Shown here one piece after another: positions 28,955-39,850 of a DNA stretch of 64,000 nucleotides; within the stretch, counting starts at the first letter, position 1, and every line of letters starts with the position of its first letter. This stretch comes from Candidatus Latescibacterota bacterium. Its GTDB lineage: Bacteria; Latescibacterota; UBA2968; GCA-2709665. The notes under the pieces were generated by a model, which was not told the DNA's origin, did not search any database, and saw only the letters and a list, made by a program, of their open reading frames with translations. Where the stretch lies: assembly GCA_965237675.1 (NCBI GenBank), contig OZ250150.1, forward strand, positions 5,472,001 to 5,536,000. The letters run 5' to 3'. Position numbers and translations under genes: made by a program.

Positions 28955-30802
28955 TTATTGGTTGCTTTCCTTTTTTTCTTGTGCTGCCTCGCGGGCGACG
29001 CGGTCGGCGGCTTTTTGCTGGTAAAAACCGAGGGCGAAACGCCCCTGCGCGTGCAAATCCAACGTACGGGGGAATGGGTAGATTTTGGTTGACACTTCTT
29101 GAATAGCCTCGTCCAAGAAGCGGTCATGTCCTTTGTACTTATCGGACTTGCGGATATTGTTGAGATGGTGGCGGTTGAGCTTGAGGAGGACCGGAAACAC
29201 CGAGGCTGGCGAGGCCATGGCAGTACCAAAATAACGCTCGGCGACTCCGGCTCCTTCGAGCTGATAATCATGTGCCTTGGCTTGGGCCTCGGTGAGCACA
29301 GCGAGCAACCGTCCGCATTGATAGGCGGCATCTTCCGCCTTTGCGTCCTGTTGTTCAGTAATTTCCATGGTGTTTCCCTTTCGGTTTCGATTGAGAACGA
29401 GCTTTGCCAAGGCTAACCGGGAATGGTTCAACAATGCCGTGCTTCCATCGCGTGCCATATCAACGCGCAGGCGGTTCAACAGGGGATGCAAAAGAGCAAG
29501 TGAGGGCGCGGTCCCTTCCAGCGCGGCGCGAAATAACTGAGCGGTCACTTCCGTCTGCAAATCTTTTGCGTCGCGTACTGTAGTGCAAGCCAGTCGGAAC
29601 AGGGCTAATGGCGGCATCTTTTCTTTGCCAGTGGGCAGGCGCACCGGCTCCAGATCGAGATCGCGGAACCAGCGCCGCAGATTTTCCGTGGCGGTTTCCA
29701 GCGTCGTTTGCATCCAGTGGCGCACAACGATGCGGCCACTATTGCCCGCGAGAGTGACGGCATGGAACTGCTCCTGCCGCATTGCATCGCGTTCCTGTCC
29801 GACCCACGGGGACTTCAAAAAATGCGCCACTGCCATGGGATCGGCTTGGTTGAGTAAAACACCCCAATCGCTGGTGGCGTCCGTTTCATTCCGAGTCCAA
29901 AAACAGCATGATGCCTGCCCTAAGCGGATGGAATGATCTTTGCGGCCAAGCATCGCGTTGAGCGCGGTGCAATAGGCGGTGGCCGCCCGGGTGGAGGTGG
30001 AAGCATTTAGACTTTGCTCAAAACCGTAGGAGGCGAAGGCATCCTTATCAAACGAGACAATCGACGCGCCGAAGGCTTGGGTGTTGGGCACGCCTTGGAC
30101 TTTGGGGTTGTGGGTCATCGCAATAGGCTGATCGCTCTCCCCGGTGACCAAACAGAGTCCGTGGGGCGCATCCGCCTCGTGGTCTTCATTTTCCTTCTCG
30201 AATTGATTCCGCCAAAAGGGCCGGATGTGAATTTCATCCTCCAGAAGCAATTGCTCCTCCACGCGGAATGAAAAGTTGTCCGGCCCTAGTTTAACCTCTC
30301 CGCCATCGGCTTTGGTGATCCACCAAGCAGGTTTCTCCTTGGGCTTGGCGTCAGAACTGATACCCCAGCGCATAAAGGACAGCATCTGTCCCGGTTCGGG
30401 CTTGAACGCCAACAGGGTCTTGAGCGTCAGACTGAGTGTGTGCTCCTGCGCCTTTTCAATCTGCGCCCAAAAGTCATTGTACTTACGCAAATTGTTCTCA
30501 TTACGGTCCTTCCGCTTCTTTTCGGACATAGGTTGTTCCGGGTTCGCGTCAAATCCGAACACGGCCGTAATGCCATCCGCCATGAACTCGGCCACCCCGC
30601 CAGCCACCTTGGGCCGAGTTGTCTTTGGACAATCGAACTCCTTGCCTCGGTTCCTTTCCCCCTCGGTTTCCACCGGCCCTTGGCCCACGAGATTGCCCAT
30701 CGTGTCCAAAGTAACGATCCATCGCACTGCCTTTGGTTTGAAAGCTAGGTTATTCAGCAGTTTTCGAGATTTCGCGAAATCGTTCAAATGTTGCAGCAGC
30801 AT
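28955..30802 (-). CDS. cas8c: Cas8c/Csd1
   Basis: CLVTG, IVSFDKDAFASYG, NSGRIVVR, AYQCGRLLA, QGRFALGFYQQ. Confidence 0.95.
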   Translation of the reverse strand: MLLQHLNDFAKSRKLLNNLAFKPKAVRWIVTLDTMGNLVGQGPVETEGERNRGKEFDCPKTTRPKVAGGVAEFMADGITAVFGFDANPEQPMSEKKRKDRNENNLRKYNDFWAQIEKAQEHTLSLTLKTLLAFKPEPGQMLSFMRWGISSDAKPKEKPAWWITKADGGEVKLGPDNFSFRVEEQLLLEDEIHIRPFWRNQFEKENEDHEADAPHGLCLVTGESDQPIAMTHNPKVQGVPNTQAFGASIVSFDKDAFASYGFEQSLNASTSTRAATAYCTALNAMLGRKDHSIRLGQASCCFWTRNETDATSDWGVLLNQADPMAVAHFLKSPWVGQERDAMRQEQFHAVTLAGNSGRIVVRHWMQTTLETATENLRRWFRDLDLEPVRLPTGKEKMPPLALFRLACTTVRDAKDLQTEVTAQLFRAALEGTAPSLALLHPLLNRLRVDMARDGSTALLNHSRLALAKLVLNRNRKGNTMEITEQQDAKAEDAAYQCGRLLAVLTEAQAKAHDYQLEGAGVAERYFGTAMASPASVFPVLLKLNRHHLNNIRKSDKYKGHDRFLDEAIQEVSTKIYPFPRTLDLHAQGRFALGFYQQKAADRVAREAAQEKKESNQ

Positions 30803-30804
30803 TA

Positions 30805-31602
30805 TCAAATCCCTTTTGGTTCGAGAATTTCAACTTCGTCGGGATGACAAACCAAGGTGGAATCCTTCATCTTGGCGCGGAAGAAACAGGCTTCGGGTCG
30901 AGCCAATTCGCCGACAAAACGTGCGGTATTCTTCTTGGGTCCCAGTTCATCGGGGCGTTTCCAGCGAAAGCCCTGAGCACGTGCCGTGGGCGGAAAAACA
31001 TCATAGAGCATCAAGCCCAAGTCCTCCACGGGCTGTCGCCAACTGATGCCCAGCTCAGTAGCTCGCCCTTCCAGCGCGGCCTGGGGATCATCAACCCACT
31101 CGAAATCCGCCGCGAATTCACGCATACCCAAGGCGGGCCGGTGGAAGCACTTGCCCTGCTGAGCGCGGCGCTTGAACTCGACGAAATACTTCACCGGTGT
31201 GTCGTTCGGGCGATTCGCCAACGGTGTGGTACGCAGTTCGGCACTGATGATGTATTCCACCTCTTGGAGAGCCAACATATTGCGCTGAGTGCCGTCAGGT
31301 GCGCCGCCCCCAGCCTCAATGGGCGATACCTTCTCCGGCTGAGCCATCCATTGGCCGACATTGCGCAGGCTGATGACTGACTGCACTTCATTGCGCCGAA
31401 TCGAGGCCCAGCGTCCTCGCCGAACCACCCGGACGACAGCGACGCAATAACAAACTTGAGGTTCCCAAAACACGGCTTCCAAAATGCCACGTGCGGCAGA
31501 GGGCGTCATCACCGAATAGCTGACGCGCTCCACTTTCATTTCGGGGCGAGTGAAACAAGCCCAATCGCCCCATACTCTGAGATGTACATGATTGTTTTTC
31601 AT
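30805..31602 (-). CDS. cas5: Cas5c (Cas5d)
   Basis: VWGDWACFTRPEMKVERVSYSVMTPSAARGILEA. Confidence 0.97.
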   Translation of the reverse strand: MKNNHVHLRVWGDWACFTRPEMKVERVSYSVMTPSAARGILEAVFWEPQVCYCVAVVRVVRRGRWASIRRNEVQSVISLRNVGQWMAQPEKVSPIEAGGGAPDGTQRNMLALQEVEYIISAELRTTPLANRPNDTPVKYFVEFKRRAQQGKCFHRPALGMREFAADFEWVDDPQAALEGRATELGISWRQPVEDLGLMLYDVFPPTARAQGFRWKRPDELGPKKNTARFVGELARPEACFFRAKMKDSTLVCHPDEVEILEPKGI

Positions 31603-31640
31603 GTTTCAATCCATTCCTCATACTGATGGAAAGGGGAAAC
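31603..31640 (-). repeat. repeat mimic directly abutting the cas5 ATG
   Basis: GTTTCCCCTTTCCATCAGTATGAGGAATGGATTGAAAC-ATG. Confidence 0.7.
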
Positions 31641-31682
31641 CTTCCTGCGGTGTGCGGATGCTAAACACAATTCGACCTCGCT

Positions 31683-31866
31683 TCATAACAAGAAATCCTC
31701 GGTCGGACGTTGGTCGATAACTACGCCGAGATGTTCGTGATAGGCTGCTTCATCCAGTACGCTCAACTCCATACCGGGCAACACCGGACGAAGCAGTCCC
31801 ATTTTATCAGCTTTCTGAAAGTCGCGCAAATGAAGATTCACCATAAAACGTTGGAGGTCGCGCAAA
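31683..31866 (-). pseudogene. cas3: Cas3 C-terminal fragment separated by IS256
   Basis: LRDLQRFMVNL... rejoins in frame with ...RKDLR when the IS and one TSD are removed. Confidence 0.85.
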
Positions 31867-33291
31867 GGGCAAGTACTATTATTAGTTGAAATAGCAGAGG
31901 CGTTCAATCAGCGGCGAAAGCGTTTTGCGTGTCATGATCGAGCGCGAGATGATTGCGTAGGGCAAGTCTGAGTACGGGAAGAAAGCGGTATCCTTTGATC
32001 CTCCGCAATCGGGGCTCGATATCCAACAGCGCGGCTGCCAACCACCGATATCGCTGATCGGAGTTGTTCCATCGTTTCACATTACGGGTGCGCTGTGCGA
32101 TCATGGCGTTGAGGGATTCGATGCAGTTGGTGGTGCGAAACGATTGCTTGAGTTGTGGCATCAGTCCCAGGCGATGGAGGGTGAGGGTTTCTTCGAGCCC
32201 TTCCTCCAGGCTGTTGAGGGCCGATGCATTCATCAGGGTCAGGGAGGGCTTGAGGGCATACAGCGCGGCTTTGGCTTCTTTGTAGGTGTCCATGTCGTAG
32301 GCACTTTGAAGCGCTTTCTTGACCTCACTCTGCTGTGTCTTGGGCAAATAGGCGATCACGTTCTCCCGTTTGTGCCACTGACAGCGTTGAATGGCGACAT
32401 AACCGGAAAGGGCTTTTGTGAGGGCACTATACAAGCCCTTTGAGCCGTCGATGAGGCAAAGCAGCCCTTGGTGATACTGCAATCCGCGATCGATGAGCGA
32501 ATCGACAAACTGGCGGCACACGCGCTCATTTTCGCTGGCGGCCTGCACGAACCCCAGCGGGATCTTGTGCCCGTCGATGGTCACGCCAAGGGCGATGATC
32601 ATTTCCTGATCGGCAAAGGTCTTGCCATCCATAAACAGCCCCACCAGGTCATAGCCCGAAAGAAACCGTTCTTGAAACTGTCTCAGCTTGGCCGCCGATG
32701 CCCTGATGAACCGCCTCGAGACACTCGATGAAGACAAGCCAAACGCCTCGGGTATCGCCTCTGCGCAACTGGCGTAAGAACGCGTCGCAATGCCGCTGAC
32801 CACGCGCAGCAGCAACCCTCCGTCCATGTTTCTGGGTCGCTGCAAGTGGTGATATACCTCCAGAGGAACTTCCTCATTGGCTTCCACGTCACGCACCCTG
32901 GGCACCGTAATGGGCACTTTTTGATCCGACAGATACACCGATCCCGGTTGAGCGCCCCACCGACGATTCGGGGTCTTGCCCGCTTTACGACTGTGTTTCT
33001 TGCCCGTCAACCCGGCAACCTCTTGCTGCAAGATTTCTGCCACAGCGTCCAGACCAAGCGGGATCAGCGCTTGGATCAATGCCACACGGACGTCAACATC
33101 CTCCAGGGCTTCTCCCAGGAAGGCGCCAGACGTCACCCCGGCATCCCTATTCGACTTGACTTCACGGAGGTTCGACGGTACTTTTTTCATCACAGGCTCC
33201 TTTGGTTGAGGATACGGTCTTCTTCGTCGAGACTGCCGTATCCAATTTACATCGGAGCCTCTTCTATTTCAACTAAGATAGGCACAATCCC
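31867..33291 (-). mobile_element. IS256-family insertion sequence
   Basis: 8-bp TSD CGCGCAAA (31859-31866, 33292-33299); about 34-bp imperfect TIR GGG...TTAGTTGAAATAG.AGAGG. Confidence 0.93.
31904..33193 (-). CDS. IS256-family transposase
   Basis: FMDG, LIDGSKGL, QRCQWHKRENV, RTTNCIES. Confidence 0.95.
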   Translation of the reverse strand: MMKKVPSNLREVKSNRDAGVTSGAFLGEALEDVDVRVALIQALIPLGLDAVAEILQQEVAGLTGKKHSRKAGKTPNRRWGAQPGSVYLSDQKVPITVPRVRDVEANEEVPLEVYHHLQRPRNMDGGLLLRVVSGIATRSYASCAEAIPEAFGLSSSSVSRRFIRASAAKLRQFQERFLSGYDLVGLFMDGKTFADQEMIIALGVTIDGHKIPLGFVQAASENERVCRQFVDSLIDRGLQYHQGLLCLIDGSKGLYSALTKALSGYVAIQRCQWHKRENVIAYLPKTQQSEVKKALQSAYDMDTYKEAKAALYALKPSLTLMNASALNSLEEGLEETLTLHRLGLMPQLKQSFRTTNCIESLNAMIAQRTRNVKRWNNSDQRYRWLAAALLDIEPRLRRIKGYRFLPVLRLALRNHLALDHDTQNAFAAD

Positions 33292-35368
33292 CGCGCAAAT
33301 CCTTGCGAGTAAAGCGCAGACCCTCTATTTGAGGGCGGCTTCGGATAGCGGCTACCTTTTCCAAGGCTTTCTCCCTTGGCGCAATTACGGCCTGGGTGTC
33401 GTCAGAAATTACCTTTGCCTTGCGGGCTACTTCACGGAAACGCAATGCCTCCCGATCCTCCTGAATGGAGCATTCCCGTTGGCGATGATGATCCGTGGGC
33501 ACGTATTGAAAAAGCTCGCCAAAGTAACGACTGAACAGATCCGGCTCGTTGGTCAAGTCATCCGCAGACAACTGATCCAGCAACCGCACCGCAATGTCCG
33601 TGGCTACCCGATACACGCCGCCGGGCAGCTTGGCGTCCGTTGGCCGGAAAACCACCACGCGCCCCTTGCCCGGTAGGCGGCCTTCCCGATTGCACCGTCC
33701 AGCTGCCTGCACAATCGAATCCAGCGGCCCCAATGCGCGGTAAACCAACGGGAAATCAATATCCACCCCGGCCTCTACCACCTGAGTAGATACCAACCAG
33801 CAGAACCTGCCTTCCCTCAAACGCCGATGGACTTTTTTTAACACCTGGGTTCGATGTTCTGCACACATTGAGGAAGAAAGATGGAATACGCTTCTCAGTT
33901 TCGCTACCAACGCTTCTCTGCTCAATTCCCCCTCGTTTAGAGAAACCCGCAGCCGTTCCCACCATTCGGTAGCCTGTCTGCGCGTATTCACGACGCCCAA
34001 GGCTTGAGGCTCGCTCGCCCATTCCGCAGCCAATTCTGACCAATCGCTCTCCGTGGTTCGCACCTCGTACACTACCCGGCCCAACTTCTGAAACAACTCG
34101 CCATGCTGTGACGCGACTTCCTTCATTTCATCCGCATCAAACCCATTCGACAACGACGTGCTGCGCCTAAAGGCCGGTTGGGTAGCGGTAGAGAAAACGA
34201 AACTCGTGCGATAGTGTTTCTCAAGATCGCGTAGCACGTGCAGGAGCGGATTGAGCAGATACGAAGGCAGGGTCTGCACCTCATCCAGCAATACCACGGC
34301 ATTCGCGATGTTGTGCAGTTTCCGGCACTTGGAGGTACGGTTGGCGAAGAGTGACTCGATGAACTGCACCGAGGTAGTGACGACAATTGGCGCATCCCAG
34401 TTCTCCGCCGCCAGTTCCCCTGGGGATCGGACTTGCTCCTCATCGTCATCCTTTGCGACCACGGCCGAATGGTGTTCAATCACGATGCCTTCGTCTTGGG
34501 GATCGAGTATGTTGCGGTATTCGGCGGCGTTCTGCTCAATAATTGACAGGTAAGGTATCACCACTATAACCCGCTGCATTCCATGCGCCCGCGCATGTTC
34601 CAAGGCAAAGGCCATGCTCGATAGTGTTTTGCCCCCACCCGTCGGCACGGTCAAAGAAAAGAAGCCTGCTGGCTCCGCCGCCTTCGCCAAGCAGTCTTCA
34701 AACACTCTGTTGCGCAACTTATTGAGTTCGCCGGACGCATCAAACTTGCTCCGGTGCGCTTGCAGTCGCTCCAGCAACAACGCGGCATCCATCTTAACTG
34801 GATGTCGTTGCCGACGGATGTTGAATTGTTCCGTATCCAGAAAATCCGCATCAACCAGGCAGGAAAACAACATCCGCACGTATAATTCCGTGGTGGCCTT
34901 GTCTTTCGCGGGATTGGCAAATTCCGGATCGACTATCTCGTCCCGAATTTCCCCCAGTTCTGCTTCAAATCGCTTTACCAGAGTATCGAGCCGACTGATG
35001 GCATCGTACTTCTTTCCGCAAACCAATGCCTGCAAATCACTCACGTCATGTAGTCCCGCGTGATGCCCCGCGATGGCAAAGGCTGGGCCGAGCCAGTTCT
35101 GCCGAAAAGCCAGCGCGGCACCATACATCGCATGATGAGTTTCAACTGATCCCGGGCGCTCGCCTGCCAGATATTCCTGGAATGGATCCCGATACTTACC
35201 TAAGTCGTGGAGCAGCCCGGTCCATTTCGCAGCCAGACCGAACGGTTCGCCGAATTCACGAGCCTTGTCCGCCACGTTGCGCAGATGCTCGGATAACGGT
35301 TGCCAGCGCGATCTGTCGGAATCGCGTTCCCTCATAGCTGTTTCGGCTGTGTGGGCGTAATAGTTCAT
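33292..35368 (-). pseudogene. cas3: Cas3 HD nuclease-helicase, truncated by IS256
   Basis: YYAH, LLHDLGK, HHAGL, LVDADFLDT, PTGGGKT, DEVQ, QAAGRCNREG. Confidence 0.95.
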
Positions 35369-35489
35369 GGTTGACCATCCAAGAGTATGCCAAATTCACG
35401 ATGCCAATGAGGGCGTCAGACACTTTTTCTTTTCTTCACATCTACCAGCCTGCCTTCAACAGAACGGCCGGCAGCCGCTTCATTTCTTC

Positions 35490-35614
35490 GTTGCGCGGCT
35501 CGCCCGTGGCACGAGCGAATCGAACGCGCCGGTATCGACCAGGAATTTCCCGGTCCGGCTTCACCTCGGATCCGCGGGGTTGCGGATGGTTACGTCAACG
35601 TACGTCGCACCCAT
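35490..35614 (-). pseudogene. clan AA aspartic protease remnant
   Basis: MGATYVDVTIRNPADPR*SRTGKFLVDTGAFDSLVP; second remnant at about 39400-39494. Confidence 0.7.
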
Positions 35615-35658
35615 TTTGCTTTTCCTTAGGGGTTTGGGTCCGTCCCTACGGTACGCAT

Positions 35659-35687
35659 ATTATAGTGAAATTTTGTGCACTACGCAA
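35659..35687 (-). promoter_or_regulatory. sigma70 promoter upstream of cas3
   Basis: TTGCGT-17-TATAAT; related copy at 39538-39565 with 16-nt spacing. Confidence 0.7.
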
Positions 35688-36372
35688 GGTACTGTCGCGC
35701 TGCGCCTGATTTTCCAAACCATTTTTCAAAGGCGATTGGGCGTTCGGGCCCATTGCCCGTGCCGTTTGAAACGACATCCGCCCAATATACCACAGAGGGC
35801 ACATACGATGTCTCGAACCAGGTCAAGCGCAACGCCGCCCAGACCGAGCAGGAACAGAATCACCAGCGCCGCGACGTTGCGGGCAAGATGCCCGCGCTCC
35901 CAGGAGTCGCAAGCAGCTTACAGCTATCAGCGGTCAGCGTACAGCCAGAAGCAAAAAGCCCATCAGACCACCCAACCAAACCCCATCCACCGGCAAGTAG
36001 TGAGACCTCAGAAGCAATAGGCCATTCAGTTGATGTCAGCGCCGTGACGTTGCGGGCAAGATGCCCGCGCTCCCAGGTGTTGCAAAATGCGACAGCGGCG
36101 TGGGAAAACAGCTGGCAGCGGATAGCAATCAGCCGTAAGGCATAAAGCAAACAGCGGCGATTTCATTTGAACCCCGTCGGCGCCAAATAGAGGGCAACCA
36201 CAAGGGTTGCCCCTACAAACGCAACGACAGCGCTTTCGGGTGTTGCAAAATGCAACAGCAGTGGAAGATGCAAGAGCACCACTCACTATCCGTCTCGTTT
36301 CTCACGATTCCATGTGATTCGACCGCCAGAGTAAATATTTCGGATGCGGAAGATTTTGGGGAGCTCCCTGAT

Positions 36373-37341
36373 TCACATCCTCTCCTCATACATCTCCCCG
36401 GCCGCAATCATGTCCGCCGCGATCTCACGTCTCAGGTCCACTGGCGCCAGCACCTCGCACTCCGGCCCCCATCCTCGAATCCACGGTTTCATCTCCAGCG
36501 TGTGCTTCACCCTGAGCCGCAGCCGACACCCGCCGTCAGGCTCATCCGCCACCTCTACGACGCCAGGCCAGTCCGATTCCCGCACGCGGTACGCCACCCT
36601 CGCTGAAAACCGCAGTGCCACCTCCACAACTTCCTCCCCACCCATAATGCCCCAAGAGTGCTGCAGAAAGTCATACGGATCGAATCCATTCCGCGCACCA
36701 AACGCCGTCTCCAGCAGCGTTGCCCGTTTGATGCGCTCCACCTTGAACTCCCGAATATCCCTCCGCAGATGGTCATATCCGATGACATAGCAGGCGTATC
36801 CCACGGGTGACGGCTCGATGAAGTAGGGATCAATGGTGCGCTCCGTGGTTTCGCCGGTCTGCGGGTTGTGATAGATCAGACGCACCTGCCTGCGTTCGGA
36901 CCAGGCGCTCGTGAGGGTTTCCAGAACGCGCATATGATCGGGATCGGGTCTGCGTTTGTCGGCAACCTCAGCGGTTCGATTGATGTGTTCGCCAATGGAC
37001 TCCGGCATAGCGCTTGCAAGTTTCTCGAGGGCAGACACTACGTGCGGATTGTGTTCGTCGCTGTGCGCGGAGAGCAGGCGCGCGGCCAGATACAGTGCCA
37101 GGGCCTCGTGCAAATTGACCCGGACGGTGGTCAGATAACGGTCTTTCAGCACACCGAACCGGCCGTCATCCTCCCATATCGGTGATCCCGCCTCCTCCAG
37201 CGACCGAAGATCCCGATACACCGTACTCCGATGCACGCCGAATCGGGTGGCGATATCCGTCGCTTTCCTCCCACCCGCGGATCGATACAGAAACGTCTCG
37301 ATCGCCTTGAGGCGTTCGGCGCGGGTCATCGTTCGTTCCAT
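36373..37341 (-). CDS. HTH-WYL-WCX transcriptional regulator (copy 1)
   Basis: HTH (VHRSTVYRDLRSL), RTIDPY..YVIGYDH..REFKVERI, WIRGWG..CEVLAP. Confidence 0.95.
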   Translation of the reverse strand: MERTMTRAERLKAIETFLYRSAGGRKATDIATRFGVHRSTVYRDLRSLEEAGSPIWEDDGRFGVLKDRYLTTVRVNLHEALALYLAARLLSAHSDEHNPHVVSALEKLASAMPESIGEHINRTAEVADKRRPDPDHMRVLETLTSAWSERRQVRLIYHNPQTGETTERTIDPYFIEPSPVGYACYVIGYDHLRRDIREFKVERIKRATLLETAFGARNGFDPYDFLQHSWGIMGGEEVVEVALRFSARVAYRVRESDWPGVVEVADEPDGGCRLRLRVKHTLEMKPWIRGWGPECEVLAPVDLRREIAADMIAAGEMYEERM

Positions 37342-37377
37342 TTGGAATCCTCCACCTGCGATAAAATAAACATCAGT

Positions 37378-37396
37378 TGTCGCAACTATTGCGACA
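37378..37396. promoter_or_regulatory. putative WYL autoregulatory operator
   Basis: TGTCGCAACTATTGCGACA palindrome 36 nt upstream of the WYL ATG; same at 41362-41380. Confidence 0.7.
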
Positions 37397-37528
37397 GTCC
37401 GCAAAAAAAAATCGCGGACAGCAATCAGTTCACAGCAGTCAGCCAGAAGAAAACAGCGAGAAGCCAACCAGGCGAACGTCACCGCCGTGACGTGGCGATT
37501 GGCTAACCAGGTACTTAAAGGGGATTAA

Positions 37529-37688
37529 CAGTCCGTTGATAAAGTCGCTCTGCAGGCGAGGCCGAGTCATTGTGGCCGAAGATAAGGCGCGCGACCGCGT
37601 CGAATCGGGGGATTCGGGGAGGGAGTGCAACGCAGTAATTCGGCCACAAGGGCCGGCCGCAGCCCGGATGGACTTTTTCAACGGGCTG
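37529..37688. mobile_element. 160-bp MITE (also 41666-41825)
   Basis: Reverse-oriented homolog of 7573-7732. Confidence 0.85.
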
Positions 37689-37768
37689 TTAAGGGCGCAC
37701 CAGAACAAAGCCTGCCAATAGGTAATACTGGCAGGCGAGTTGTTGACGGGATTGTCGGGCGGATGTTT

Positions 37769-38017
37769 TTACTCTTTGGCGTTTATTTTTGCTTCGTTCG
37801 CGGCAACGCGCTCCCCGAAGGAATCCAAACGTAAATCAATTGCATCAAACTTGGTTTCCATTTTATTTTCTAATTCGCCTATTCTTTGAGTCAGTCGATC
37901 TTCCAATCTATCTATTCTTTGATTGATTCCAGATGAGAAACTCCATAGAGATCCCCATAAGGCCAGTAGAAAAATGGCGAATCGAAGATTGTCTTCATTG
38001 AAGATTTTACCGTTCAT
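37769..38017 (-). CDS. small TM + coiled-coil protein (copy 1)
   Basis: 82-aa ORF, identical to 41906-42154. Confidence 0.65.
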   Translation of the reverse strand: MNGKIFNEDNLRFAIFLLALWGSLWSFSSGINQRIDRLEDRLTQRIGELENKMETKFDAIDLRLDSFGERVAANEAKINAKE

Positions 38018-38416
38018 GTTACACCCCGGAGGATGGATTTGCCGTGTGCTCCGTTACAGTAGAAATCTAACATATCCGGGGGTCTTGTCAAGCCGAAATG
38101 TTTCACGGGAGATTGCTATGAGTTCTACGGATGAAGGTCGGGAAAAGCCGGTTGTGGAGGTTGCGGACAGTCCGTATCAACCGACGAAGGCGGAGATGGA
38201 AGAGGATTCATTAAATCATAGAGAATTTCTGCAACCTATGCAAGACGTTGACGTAGCGGGACGGTATTTCCAGACCACGGACTGGTGGCGACCGGCCGGT
38301 CGCCCCTACGGATACCGCGTAGCGATCAGCCGTTTGCTAACAACGTAAGGCAGACTGCGCGGGAGCCCGGGATTCTGGTTGCCAGATTGTTTGTTATAAC
38401 GTACAATACATCTCTG

Positions 38417-38739
38417 ATGGGATTCACCGTTGAAATCTACGTCGCTCAAAACGGCAGAAAACCGGTCGCTGAATGGTTCGGCGCTCTCCGCGATATCCGG
38501 ACACAGGCTCGCATAGAAGCCCGTCTCCGCCGATTGAGTCTGGGCCTTTTCGGCGATCACCGGCCGCTTGGTAGAGGTGTCTTGAGATGCGACTCGATTT
38601 CGGTCCGGGTTTTCAAATCTATTTCACACGTTTCACTGCAGACTATTTACTCCTGCTCTGTGGCGGAGACAAGAGCACGCAGCAGAGAGATATCCAGCGG
38701 GCAATATCGTACCTGACTGACTACAAGGAGCGCTCCTGA
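38417..38739 (+). pseudogene. RelE/ParE (HigB-like) toxin with a 1-nt frameshift
   Basis: ARIEARLRRLSLGLFGD then EMRLDFGPGFQIYF..LLLCGGDKSTQQRDI in another frame after about 38582. Confidence 0.85.
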
Positions 38740-39050
38740 TGAAGCCTTCCGTCCCGTTTAAAAAACACCATTTCGAATTCCTGAGTGATCCGGAACGCGC
38801 TCGCGCCTACCTCGAGGTCGCCCTGGAGGATTACGCCAGAGACAAGGACAGATCGATCCTTCTGCTTGCGCTCAAGGACGTAGCCACGGTACAGGGCGGG
38901 ATGGGACGATTGGCCCGGCAGGCGAACCTGAACCGAGCCCACGTATACAAGGCGCTTTCCGAAAAGGGCAATCCTCGTCTGGACACAATGGAGAAAATAC
39001 TCAACAGCCTCGGCTTCAGGCTATCTATCGAACCGCTGGCGAAGCAGTAA
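38739..39050 (+). CDS. addiction-module antidote (HTH) protein
   Basis: AYLEVALE..GGM..LA..YKALSEKGNPRLDT. Confidence 0.9.
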   Translation: MKPSVPFKKHHFEFLSDPERARAYLEVALEDYARDKDRSILLLALKDVATVQGGMGRLARQANLNRAHVYKALSEKGNPRLDTMEKILNSLGFRLSIEPLAKQ

Positions 39051-39850
39051 CAAGCAACGGACAGCGAATAGCGGTCAGCGTACAGCCAAAAGCCAAAACG
39101 TCAACGTCCGCGCACATTGTGTATTCGTAGGGGCAACCCTTGTGGTTGCCCACCTCGCGACGAGCAGCCAACAACGGTTAGCGGTACGGCCTGGCGATGT
39201 CAATTCGCGGATGCCTGGTTTGTCGTAGGGGCGACCGGCCGGTCGCCCCTACGGAAACGGCGCATCGATAGGCGGACCGTTATTAAGAAAAATCAGTCGT
39301 TGGACCTCACCGCCGTGACGCGACAGGACAATAAAGGGCGCGACGATGCGGGCGAGACGCCCGCGTTCCCAGGTGTCGCAAAATGTGACAACGGTCCGAG
39401 AACAGCCGCGGGAATCGACCGGGAATTTGCCGGTCCAACTGCGTTCCGTATCCGCGGGGTTGAGGATGGTTGCGTCAACACAGGGGGTGCCCATTGTGCT
39501 TCTCCGCTCGGATCGGTTCCAACGCTTCCATACGCACATTATAGTCAAATTTGTGCACTACGCAAGACATCGCCATGCCCGCGTGCGAAATCTCGACCGT
39601 AGACTTAATCGTCTCAAAACAGTTGCTTTTCGCTGGGAAGTTGGCTATCTCTTGCTCAGCGCCCCAAACGCGCCGCCGCCAACCTGACGACACCGTAATG
39701 CGTCTGTGTCGGCTGCCCGCGCATAGCGTTTCGGTGGAGCATTTCGACCGATTGAAAACAACCCCGAACATCCACCGCAACCACCACAACATCGAAAACA
39801 CGTTGGAATTCGAATGCCGCTAGCACGTGAAAAATTCAAAAGGGGTTTTC

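Noticed and set aside
28930-28956. Family-B-like words upstream of cas7 (tcctttctgtgaaagatt)
   Set aside because: No ATTGAAAC end; similarity is largely explained by the RBS.
38312-38326. Partial match (ATACCGCGT...) of the 6735-6771 mini-spacer near the RelE-like toxin promoter
   Set aside because: Only 9 contiguous nt and no TTC PAM; compatible with chance.
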